DNA of 35,740 bases. Source: Bipalium vagum. Taxonomy: Eukaryota. The DNA lies in contig JBBMKC010200607.1 in the NCBI GenBank assembly GCA_037834085.1, positions 1 through 35,740 on the forward strand, given 5' to 3'. Positions 1 through 11,000 of this stretch are shown piece by piece. The notes beneath the pieces are model-generated. The model was not told where the DNA came from. It ran no database searches and worked only from the letters and a program-made list of their open reading frames with translations. Position numbers and translations under genes: made by a program. Numbering within the stretch: the stretch's first letter is position 1; every line of letters begins with the position of its first letter.

Positions 1-319
1 TTAAAAATTTTTAGAGTCTAAAATTAATAAATAAAATTTTTAAAATTTCAATTATTATTTAATATTTAATTATATTTAAAAAAAGTTTTTTGTATTTTCT
101 GAAATGGGCCGCATTAATAAAATTTTGGGCCGCATGCTGATCTTAATCATTATAAATATTATTATTATCAATTAAATTATTTTAAAAAAATATATATATA
201 TATAATTTAAAAATGGTAAAACTGACTTACTAAAAATAGAATTTAAGGTAAAAAGTAATTTAAAAAAGGAATAAAATTAGGTAAAAATTAAAAAAGGGAA
301 ATAACAATTTTAAAAATAC

Positions 320-580
320 CATGAACCTAAATCTGAATAAATTTAAGGTCAGCATAAGACTGACTAAGACAAAAAAACTAAGTTCATCAGATGCAAGAAA
401 AATTTTAAGGTCAGTAAATATCAACAATTTTCAAACGAGATAGACAGCTTTTCTACTATAAACATAAGCTGACGCATTCATCGTTAAATTTCAAGAGCAA
501 CAAGTCTAATTAAAGGTATTTAAACACGATCATCCGTAGTCAAAGGCACGACGCAAACTTCAGCCACAATTTTATAAGCA
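320..580 (+). mobile_element. Possible Tc1/Tc3-like transposase N-terminal remnant
   Basis: TKKLSSSDARKILRSV resembles the segment following GRP in Tc1/Tc3 transposases. The rest is too degraded to read. Confidence 0.2.
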
Positions 581-643
581 AATTTGGTTAATTTTATTTT
601 TATTATCATTTCTTGGCAATTTAATATTAGATTGCACAACATA

Positions 644-1832
644 TACAGCGTGAAATTTGTATTTCGTTACTTAAGTAAGATATGTATTTAGCACAACTTT
701 TTTTAATAATATTTAAATATTGCAGAAAGATTTGAATTTACTATGATTGATCAGAAATATTTTTTCGTGCCGCTCTTTTATTTCAATTCAAATTTGGTGA
801 AACTGCGCCTGAATCGCTCAGAAAGTTTTTCAAATCTTTTTGTTATAATGTGATATCAAAACGTAAATGTCAAAATTAATTTATGAGATTTAGAGATGGA
901 GATAAGAGTCTGAAGGATTCAGAACATGGACATCGACATTTGACTATGAATTTGGACTTGTTGAAAGAAAGCACTGAGTCAGATCCTCACCAATCCACCC
1001 GAGAACTTGCCTATAAATTCCATTGTTCTCCGAAGACAATTTGTAATAACCTAGATTGCCTTGGGAAAACATGTAGACATTGAAAATGGATTTCCCATGA
1101 TTTGTTAGAGAACAACAAAAACAGTCCTATTTTTCTCTGTTCTTCATTTCTTTCAAGGTCTAAAAAAGGGGATTCTTTGATTCAATTTTAAAATCAGATA
1201 AAACGTAGATTCAATATGACAATCTACATAAAATATTTCAATGAATGGGCAAATGTAATCAGGCGGTACTAACCCCAAAAGTTCAAAATAAATTTAATAA
1301 GGTACTTTTTTGTGTCTAGTGGAGTATACACGGTCTGGTGTATGTTGAATTGCTCAATCGAGGTGAAAAAATAACTGCAGAACGTTATTACTCACAATTA
1401 AGCTGTGTAGACCAGGCTCTTCGTCGACAAGGAATAGATACCGTAAAGACTAAATTGTTACATGATAATACTCGAGCGCATGTAGCAAAATTGATGCAGT
1501 TGAAATTATAGGAAGTAGATTGGGAGGTTCTTCCTCATCCATCATACATCCCTGGTCTGGGCCCAATGGACCACCACTTGCTCAGGTCAATGCAACATTA
1601 TCTGAATGGGAAAAAAAATTTAAATACAGAGGACATTGAAATTTGAGTCAAGACATTTTTTGAATTACAGGAGCCTGAATTTTTCAACAAAGTGATTCGT
1701 TCTTTGACTGTAAGATGGCGAAACATCACTCATATGAATAGTGATTATTGTATGTATTAAGATAGTGTTTGGTTTGGTTCATGTTTTGTTAATACATATT
1801 GCAAAATCGAAATTTCTTATTACTCACTCTGA
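644..1832 (+). mobile_element. Near-full-length degenerate mariner (DD34D) element; transposase pseudogene at ~744-1760
   Basis: Translation through stops and frameshifts gives FRDGDKSLKD, DPHQSTRELA, KWISHDL, YDN, KVLFCV*W, ELLNRGEKITAERY, LLHDNTRAH, WEVLPHPSY.PGLGPMDHHLLRSMQHYL, RSLTVRW. Degenerate inverted ends: tatacagcgtga..tttcg on the left and cgaaat..tcactctgata on the right. Confidence 0.9.
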
Positions 1833-1989
1833 TATGTTGAAACTCTTGAAATACAGTTAAGTGCATGTAATATGAAAAAAGGAATCTGAAAAAGGATTTA
1901 TAATATAAAATTTTTTCACTGCGAACATTTTTTGATCTCTTTGACTTAATTAATTGTGCTCAGAATTGGTTTATGTTTGTTTATTTGGG

Positions 1990-2200
1990 AAGCTCTCAAT
2001 TTTCCATTATGTTAATGGAAAGGTGAGGAAGATGAAGAAATTATTGATATTCGGTTGAGTAGAAGAGTAATTACAGCAATGTTTGTTTAAAACAAGATCT
2101 TAAATTATGCTTGTGAATGAATAATTTGTAAAGAGTCAACAGAGACTATTTTAGACCCAGGTGACCTTAAGTGTTTTTTGCATTCACTTTTATCATATTG
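1990..2200 (+). mobile_element. Possible LTR-retrotransposon aspartic protease remnant
   Basis: The frameshifted reading YVNGKV...IIDI(G)LSRRVITAMFV resembles the retropepsin pattern V.G...LIDTG.S...I. Weak. Confidence 0.2.
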
Positions 2201-2719
2201 AATTTTCAGGATTTTTTGTTATTGAGAACAGTCAATGGATAAACAAATATATTTGAATTGTGAAATCAATCATGTTTTTATGAGTTGATCAAATTTTCTA
2301 CATATTAAAATATTTTTGTCATTATTTAAAAATAAAATTAAAAATATATACACATTACTTCTGCGTAGGATACAAAATTAATAAATGAGCACAAAAATTG
2401 GTTAATATTTTACCAAACATTAAAACATTGATTAATTCTTGTGGTTTTAAAATATATCGAATAGATTGAAACTGTAAGTGATACTAGATGGATTTTAAAA
2501 GTTAGTAATCTTTTATTTGTAGTTTCTCAATGGGCAATTTCAAACAGTTAGACTGAACAAATGTAAAAAGAATAAAATTGTTGTTTCGGATTTTTCCTTA
2601 GCATTTAGCATAAAAATTTGATGTATCTTGACATGATATATATAATGTGTTTTCGGATAATATTCGATGATTTAAAATAACACTCAAGTCAAATATTTAT
2701 AATCAAGTTATACATACAA

Positions 2720-2995
2720 AATCAAGAGAAGCTAAGGAATCGTAGACCGCAAGTAATTTCGATATTATGATTCGTACTAATACGAAGCACGAATCATAAA
2801 AATAAATTAAATGCCCAAAAATCCCGTCAAACTTCGACAGAATGTGAGCGCATACAGTTTTGATTCTGAACATGCCTTACTATAAAGACCAATAGTTTCG
2901 AAGAGACGTTCTGTGACATCGGCTCAGCCACCACTTCACAGCCAACTTAGGGCTGCCGGTTCAATAACAACAATTCTGAGGTGGTGCCTCTATAA
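2720..2995 (+). mobile_element. Degraded, internally deleted Tc1-like transposase fragment
   Basis: GC-rich island, about 46% over 2811-2990 by hand count. Motif-like pieces occur in Tc1 order: RNRRPQVIS (RSGRP), IV.SEETFC (IVFSDE.F), AAGSITTI-*GGAS (GGGSIMIWGGIS). Confidence 0.4.
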
Positions 2996-3392
2996 TATTA
3001 TTTTAAATGATTTTATTAAAAAAGTTAAACTTTAGTAATAAAAATAAACGAAAACTAAAATAATTTATTAATTTAAGTCAATTAAAAGAAAATTCAAATT
3101 CACAATAGTAAATAATAACTTTATAATTTAAACCTAAAACTTTTTAAATGAAAAGATTATAAAACATCATTATGAATATTTTCCTTTTGGTTATTTTCAC
3201 TTTTTCAACACATAAATATGTGGATCTTAGTAAATCCCAAACAAACATGTTAAATGCTATTTTAATTGATAATTTTTATTAAATTATGTATTGGGTTTGA
3301 AAATTTGAAAACAATTTGTTATTTAGCAATGTATTTGTTTTAATTCATAAATATTTGAAACTTATTACAATCTTATTTTAATTTAAATTACA

Positions 3393-6300
3393 ATGGTTAT
3401 TATGTTTTACATTTGATTATTTAGTAGATAGTATTTTAAAATTCAAATATTTTATTGATTTTCATACTTTCATAAATCTTTTTGGCTTATATGAATTGAA
3501 CATGAATCTTAATTTAAATATTTAATTAAATTTATTATTAATTAGGAAATTAAAGTTTATCATCAAAATAAAGAAGTAAAATCCCGTAATAATTAATTAC
3601 TTTAACTATTATTTCATATATCATTTACAGACCCATCAAAAGATGATCAATATCTGAGGAACAAAATTTACAATATTGTTTTTAATGAATTTAATCTTAT
3701 AAAAGAGGTTAAGATTTAATGTAAATATTCACTTTTGACATGTATTAAAATACAGAATATTTTTGCAAATCAAAATGAAAAGCTTATTAACCAAATCTTA
3801 TCTTTCCTCAACGAGGCTTATGAAACCTGGTGTAAAGAACATGAGCATAATGAAAATCAAAAAATTATGCCTGTAGGAATAATGATGCTTGGAGTCAATA
3901 CCACTGATCACGAGATGATTTTCAAATCATTGTCCGAGACAGTTACTGATTTTTCACCTTATAAACAAAAGATTGTTAGGCTTAAATCGAGAAATTGTTC
4001 GTCAATGAAAAAGATATTGGAATCAATTATCCAATCGGTTATTCCTAATAGTGATTTGGTAAGCAAGTTTTAAACTACAGTTATAAGCAAACAATTTAAT
4101 AAATAGGTCGATATGAAGCTTCCAAATTCCTTGCGATATACGTTTAAGGCATTGGATAAATGGTGGCTTTCAAATAACGTATTTATTGGTTATTCTTTAG
4201 AAGCTGAAAAATAATAAATATTTAGAAGAGTGGGAATTTTTTGCACCAGATCGTCTTGGTTTTAGAAGACGTGGAATTGTTTGATGTGGAAATATTGCAA
4301 AACTTGATTGAAATAACAAGGTAATCTACAAGCTTCTGATTGGTAGACACTGATTGGCTAATTTGATATTGTTTTTTTGGTTCAGTGTAAGGCATTCAGA
4401 AATTCCTTTCGTTCTGCTAGTTGGAGTTTCGTCTACAGTTCAAAATTTCAACGCTGTTTTCAACAAGAGATGCCTTTCTTTGATAACTAAACACTATTTC
4501 CATTTTCCCAGCTCGTCAGACCTTTTGAACCTATTTCTCGTTCGACTGATGACCCGGGGATTTCCGTTCCAATTGACTTCGTCTCTATACAATTATCTTG
4601 TCCACGAAATTTTTCTATCACTGGATTATTCAATTTGCAATTTCATGTTCCGCTACCAGGTCATTTGTGGTGTTTGGCGCAATAAAATATCGTTTACCTT
4701 TCCATACAGCTTTGTCTACATGAACACATTTATTGGTCACCGGATTTTCTAGAATATTTGTGGGATAATCGGGAGCCAAAATTGGAAAATCGACTTTGCG
4801 CTGGAAACGATGTTACAATGGTCCAATTGTGCTCGTCCAGTTCAGCGATGCTTTTAAGTAGTCGAACCCAGCAATTGTTTGTAGTTATTGCCAATTGGCT
4901 CCTGAACCTGTTCGGAGTATTCCCTGAAACCAAACTTGGAACCAAGGTAAAGTAGAAGACCATTGACAATTTTAATTAATTTGATTGATTTATCTAGTTT
5001 CACCAAGTTCTGTCAGTTCATTTGAAATCTGGATTAGCAAATTCCGATCACTTAATCTCAAATCTGGAATTACTTAAGTATATTGATTTTCATTTTCGAT
5101 AAATTTTTTTAATTGATTTTTTAAAAAATATCACTTTAAAAGGCATATATTATTATTATTATATAATTACTGATTATGTGCTATATTTCGCTTGTCTTGT
5201 CAAATAAAGGTTTTTAAAATACTTATTGATTTTCAAATTTATAAATTTTAAATATTCATTATTTTGAATAGGTACATCAATATTATTATTGATTTTTTGG
5301 TTTGGTATTTTTGACGATTTTCTTAAATATTTATTTTTATCTCATAATTTCTTTGTACCATTTGTTAGATCACTTTCTCCTGATGAGATAATTGAATTAG
5401 TGAAAACGGCCAATGGCGATCTTGAAATTCACAAGGAAAATCTTCCCATCCTAACGGGATTCATCGAGTGTTCGACGAGACTGGTAAACGAATTAAAAGA
5501 TGCCTCATCTGTGAAATCATCAACAACTTTGGATTTCAAGATTCCCACTTTATCCAGGGACAGAAAGACTTTGAATGAAGTACTGTTTCGTGTTGATCGA
5601 CAATTTCATTAATCGGTGTCTTATTAAGCAATTGCTGAAGCTGAACAATGAAAAGAAAAAGAAACCATATTTGATTGATTTTTGTCAATGGCTTCACAAT
5701 TGGTTGGCTGTCAATCTGCCTCACCATTCGAAAATGACAATCGATTGTCGTGCGGTGCTCATCAATAATCTCGGCATGATCAAAGACGTCATCAATCCAT
5801 CTGTCAAGGGAACTTTGAACAGGGCATTGAGCGACCCTTTTGTTTATATAAAGGTAATTTTTTCCGGAATAGAGTGAGACCGGTTTATCTATTTTGTGTT
5901 TCGATAAATCCAGAATGAAGGTCTTCGTTTGAATGTTTCGGGTTCCATCAATTCGTCAATGCCAGATATTTGTGTCGCGTACAAGCTTCACTTGGAACAT
6001 TCCAGACTGATAAACATGTTTGATTGGCTACAGGTATTTCCTACATTTTGCATCTTATTTTAGACTGGGTACAAACTATTATTGAGAAATTATTTTGTTA
6101 ATCAATAAGTATTATTTTATATTTTATTAATTATCATTTTCATTTTTTTTATTATTACTTTGTAAGGAGTTTCGAATTTTTAATTAATAACAGTTATTGA
6201 CGATTTAACGATAATTTCCTTTCATTAATTCAGGCTTTTGATCAGATTGTTGAGAATAAAACTTCTGATGATTCACTTCCATCCTTAATGGTTCAGTTGG

Positions 6301-6467
6301 GCTTATTTTGATTTTTCTGAAATTTATTGATTTTGTGTATTTGCAGGTGTCGGTTTCACAGGGCACTTGCTGAATTAGAATTCTTGGGCTTTATAAAGCC
6401 TTCAAGCAGCAAAGTTGACCATATGTCAAGGTTGACTTATGGATCAATTTTTTTCTTAAATACATAA
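3393..6467 (+). CDS. ORC3: Origin recognition complex subunit 3, spliced, ~639 aa
   Basis: Hand-spliced GT-AG exons: 3393-3395 (ATG only, least certain), 3546-3585, 3631-3707, 3756-4058, 4107-4178, 4226-4320, 4386-4659, 4710-4946, 4998-5077, 5369-5579, 5629-5853, 5914-6033, 6234-6295, 6347-6467. Total 1920 nt, one open frame ending TAA. ORC3 motifs: [46 protein letters not shown], and the winged-helix C-terminus [27 protein letters not shown]...[32 protein letters not shown]. Confidence 0.95.
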
Positions 6468-6493
6468 ATTCCAGAAAAAATTTGATAATGATT

Positions 6494-6499
6494 AATAAA
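6494..6499 (+). promoter_or_regulatory. Candidate polyadenylation signal of ORC3
   Basis: AATAAA 26 nt after the ORC3 stop codon. The AT-rich context makes a chance match likely. Confidence 0.4.
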
Positions 6500-7199
6500 A
6501 TTAGGTTATTTTTTTTTAGCAATTTTTGAAATTTCACTATTTTATAAGTTTAAAAAAATTTAATTTTCATTTTTATCAAATTAAAATTCTTTTTGGTGGT
6601 TAAGAATAACTCAAGAGTATATTATCTGCCTTGAGTAATTTTATATTTGTGGAGACTCAAGAAAAACTGACAATTTGATTTAATTTTAAGTGTGACAATT
6701 TTTATTGATATAAAAAATTATTTTAGTTTGATTTATTTTAACATGTAAGAAATGAGAAATCCTAAAAAATAAAAATAAAGAATTTAAAACCCTAATAATT
6801 ATTAATATTTTTGTTTTTATTATTATTAATACTGATAAATAATTATATTAGGTCAATAAAGAAAAATATAAAAAATAAATTTAGAAAAACCTAGATTTCT
6901 AAATATAAAAAATAAATATGACAGAAATCTAAAAAAAAAGTAATTTAATAAAAATAAATTAAATTAGGAAAGAATTAAAGGTTAAAAATAAAAATTTTTA
7001 ATAAGGTAAATTTAAAATTACTCAATTAAAACATTTGGCTATTCGTAGAAAACACAGAAAAAGACGCAGACATCTATTTATGATTTTTGACCAACTAAAT
7101 ATTTTAATTATTATTTTGAAAATTGTTAACATTTTATCATTTATTATTATAATATCTGGTAAACTGCTACAGTTTTCACAGGTTCATTAAAATATCATT

Positions 7200-7900
7200 T
7201 TCAATGTTAAGTAGGATTACCTTTCTCTTTGTTTTCACATTTTCTCTATTTCTCTTTTTGTTTGTAATTTACACAGCAGTTAGGGTTGGTAAATCACCTC
7301 AGGGCCTTTCCACAGCTTATAGGATAGCTTAGAATTACAGGATTTAGAATTTCTCATTTAACTTTGATTGTCAAACCAAATTTTTACAAATAAAAATATT
7401 TTTTATAAATCGATTTGTCCTCTTTTTTTATAAAGTTCCGAATTAGTGTTCATAAAATAAATTATAAATTATTATGTTCATAAATTAGTGTTCATCCTTC
7501 TGATAGCATAAGTTTTGTTGAGTAACCTAAAATCCTAATATCGATATTCTTAACTTAAAATCAGTCATTTTTAGGAACTTAACAAATTTATTGCTTTTAA
7601 ATATTAGAGAAAAATGATTTTATGTTGATAGGTTAAACCAATCACCACAGAAAACGAGTGCATGTGTTTGTTTTAAGAACTACTAAATTAAAAACAATGG
7701 TAAAAATTAAACACGCACACAATAAATAAATCGATTTCAACTTGGTAGTATTACCAACAATTATTGAATATTACAAGTTTAATTCTTAAAAACTGAACTG
7801 AATTTGTGGGCAGTACATCGAATATTCTAACGCCTTTTACTTATATATAAATTTAGTTGTTGACCAATAACTTTATCTGGGAATGTCAACTTCATGCATA
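7200..7900 (-). mobile_element. Ty3/Gypsy-like integrase C-terminal relic between the convergent gene ends
   Basis: Minus-strand pieces in integrase order: *LV*PIN (GLVERFN), GYSTKLMLS (GYSPFELMFG), IWFD, SKLSYKLWKGPEVI (the KL.P.W.GPY.V GPY/F motif), AV-NYK. Confidence 0.45.
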
Positions 7901-8074
7901 TAAGATTAAAAAATGTTTTATTATCATTATGTTAGGTTCAGTTATAAACAATAACAAATTGTAATTTTTCAAACATCACTAAAATAACCAATATTTTACA
8001 AAAAAGTTAACGATTAATAAACAATATTTTTATCAACTGAAAAATGATTGAAACAAATATAATAAAACACGATA

Positions 8075-8080
8075 TTTATT
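8075..8080 (-). promoter_or_regulatory. Candidate polyadenylation signal of RRP12
   Basis: AATAAA on the minus strand just after the RRP12 stop codon, with a second copy at 7922-7917. AT-rich context. Confidence 0.3.
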
Positions 8081-8088
8081 TCATCAAA

Positions 8089-11000
8089 TTAATTTCTCTT
8101 TTTTCTCAATTTTGAAACACTTCTAGCCGCTTTTTGCATCTTCTTTATTTCTTTCTCGTGCTTCTTCATAATATTGTGACATTGTTCGGCACTATTCAAT
8201 GGAATATATGCATAAGGATCCGGTCTACCTTTCCTTTTCATGTCTCCAAAAACTCCCTTCTTTTTCGCCTTGTACTCACTTCCAGGAAGTTTTTCTTTCT
8301 TAATCCTCTTCTTTGCCGGTTGGAATCTCTCCCGTTCTGATTTACCGTCGTTGTTTTCTTCATCACTGTCCTCGTCATCAGCATTACCACTCAGTTTTGA
8401 TATTGAGTTTTGTGTTTCAGCCTTACCAATAATCAGCCTGCCATTCTCAAAATGAAATCCTCTTTTATCGACACCTTTGACATCTTTCTTATCCACAGAA
8501 ACTGTCTTGTCATTCTTCGACGATTTCTGTTTGTCATCGGAAATTCTCAAATGACGAACCAAGCTGGTTGGATCACTTAAATCAACAATATCGTCCAATT
8601 TCTCTTCCAATCGCAAAGTTGCATTGGCACTATCGATTTTACGTTTTCTTTGTTTTCTCAATTCACTGGCACGAGACATCTTCGATTTTTTAGTGTCCGT
8701 TGTCTTTGTGGTGAAAGTCGTTTTTAGATCTTCATCTTCCGAGTCTGTATCTGACAATAATTCAGCAATACTAAAGAAAAATATCAATATAAACAAAATA
8801 AAATTATCATAATGAAAAACTTTTTAATGTGAGGATTTTTCATGGTTTTCTGACTGGCTGTGTCGCTTAAACCACCCCAACTTGTAGCAAAAGATTCCCC
8901 ATCACCCTTTTCATCATCCTTATTTTTCTGTCGTTTTGTTCTATTCATGGATTTGTGAATATTTCTCAAAACGGGAACTAATTCTTCAGGAATACATTTT
9001 TTAATCGTTTCGTATTCCCACAATTTTAGCATGTTTTTCAAAATTTTCTTCATTGGTTGTCTTACCTTCTTACGAACATCATTGCTAAGAGCACCGAGAC
9101 ACTGCCCCACATCGACTAGGTAAATATTGTGAAAATTAGCTGTCTTTTTCTTCAATAAAAATTTCAAAATATCAATAGCACAATACAACAAGTGTCGGTC
9201 GTTATCCTGGTCATTGTAACTCTCAAATATGTTCCTGACAACAGTCACCGTATCGACGATATGCTTCCTAGACACACAACGGGCCATTCGGTTTTCGCTC
9301 AAAATCAGCCCGAGAGCTTTAGCCAATGCTGATTTGTATTGGGTGGCCTGAGCAGAATTGTCTTCGACTTTGGTTCCAATTGCCCCAATAATTTTCTGCA
9401 ACATCTTATCAAGCGATTCCGACATTGATTCCAAATCATTGTCCTCACTACACGAAATAATGGCTTCGATCAACAACAAACCAGCTACTGCCCGCGTTTT
9501 TCGATTAGTCAAATTTAGGCACATAACGATTTCCGACAGAAACCCATTGAGAAAAGTGGCACATTGCTCATGTCCTGACAGCAATTTGAACAGATTGTAC
9601 ATAGTTTTCATTCGACATTTCCACGAATCAGTTTTTACTTTCTTCCAGCGAGTTTGAAGACTTTCCAGAATTGTTTCTAAGTGTAATTTTGAAAATTCGT
9701 TACTTGTAACAGTGTTCGATGCCGTAACGATCTCCAGGTAACGATATGCACGCTTCTGAATCAAATTGCTGACAGCTTGTTCGTCAGACAAATATTTGCA
9801 CACAAAATCCGTGGCAGTCTCCATGGTTTTTATGGATAGATGAGGACCGAGAATAATCAATAAATCCAAACAACACAAATCGTCTCCAGTCGGGTCAGTG
9901 ATGTTCATCTGAGCCAATTTCTTGTTCATTAGAAATCGACAATTCTGCTCAAACGTTTCCGGCTCAAAAAGAGGCAAATAAACAGCCAGTGTCGATTTGA
10001 TGTTCAGCTGCATCGATTGGTCGCGTTTCATGTAAAGTGAAAACAGGTTCTGGAGGATTTTCGGAAAAAATAATCTCGATGTCAATACGGCTTTCATTTC
10101 AGCTTTGTCTTGTGCAGTCTTGACAATATTCCTGATCGTTGTCATAGCGATTATTTCCAAGTTTGAGCTCTGTCGTTCTTCATCGGTATTTGGATTCAAC
10201 ATTTCCAACACAATCAATTCCCACAATGTTCGTCTTGGAACAAACACACTGGTAGCGTCGGATGGAAACGGTATTGGTTCTTGGTGAATCTGGAACATGT
10301 TTTTGGACACTTCTTCAATGCCACCGGAAACTATTGATTTGGCAAATGATGGCAAGCAGGACCACAATTGGTATCTTAGCGTTCCGAGTGTGATTTCTGC
10401 CAATGACGGGGACAGCTTTGAGGAATTCTCCATGGTAACGGTGTTTTGATCCACGTCCATATTCTCTATTTTTTTTCCATCGGCTAATTTATCCATTTTT
10501 TTCGTCAATTGTTGAATACAAGGTAAAATCAGTAATCGGAAATTGTCCAATGACGTACACTGTGTGTATTCTTTAATCAAAGGGACAATCCAGGTTCGTT
10601 TCGAAAATTTAATCCAGTTTGGAGCATAATGACCGTCACTATCTTCAGCGTTCATTATCAAATCGGCCAATGATCCCAAAATCGAGCTCAATCGATTGTA
10701 TCCGTAAACGGTGATGATTTGACCCAAGAATGATTCAATAGTTGTTTTCAGTTTTTTCTCTGAATCGTTGAGAACGCTTCTAATACCCTTGGATCCATTT
10801 TTCATCATTGATCCAATTAACTCCTGTGCACTAACTTCATCACTTTGGCAGCTTTCGTATGAGTCTCTCAATTCTGCGACGCTCGGAACTATTTCAGCGA
10901 TAACCGATACAAACTTATCACACTTTCCCTTTGATCTAACCACGAGGTACACCAAGTTTTCGATTATTCTGGTCCATGGTGTCGGGTTATTGTAACCTAC

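Noticed and set aside
105-135. gggccgcat twice, resembling hAT subterminal motifs
   Set aside because: No partner terminus or TSD found; too short to call.
744-1760. Stop-codon reassignment (TGA/TAG = Trp), suggested by stops at Trp positions
   Set aside because: All three stop types and frameshifts occur in the elements. ORC3 and RRP12 use TGG, have no internal stops and end in TAA.
2720-2995. Minus strand as an snRNA or SL RNA (GTAAGG donor, stem-loops, Sm-like GATTTTTGG), or as a CxxU selenoprotein exon (CCY-TGA); perfect 10-bp hairpin tatgattcgt/acgaatcata at ~2766-2798
   Set aside because: No match to conserved U1/U2/U4/U5/U12, RNase P/MRP or SRP motifs, and no SECIS. The + strand carries Tc1 motifs in the right order, which explains the GC island. 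An Rfam scan would settle it.
7278-7290. Minus-strand AACCCTAACTG resembling a telomerase RNA template for TTAGGG, with a downstream aactgct/agcagtt stem
   Set aside because: It lies inside the Gypsy integrase GPY/F-motif reading (KLWKGPEVIYQP). No pseudoknot with correctly ordered U-rich and A-rich strands and no H/ACA domain is visible.
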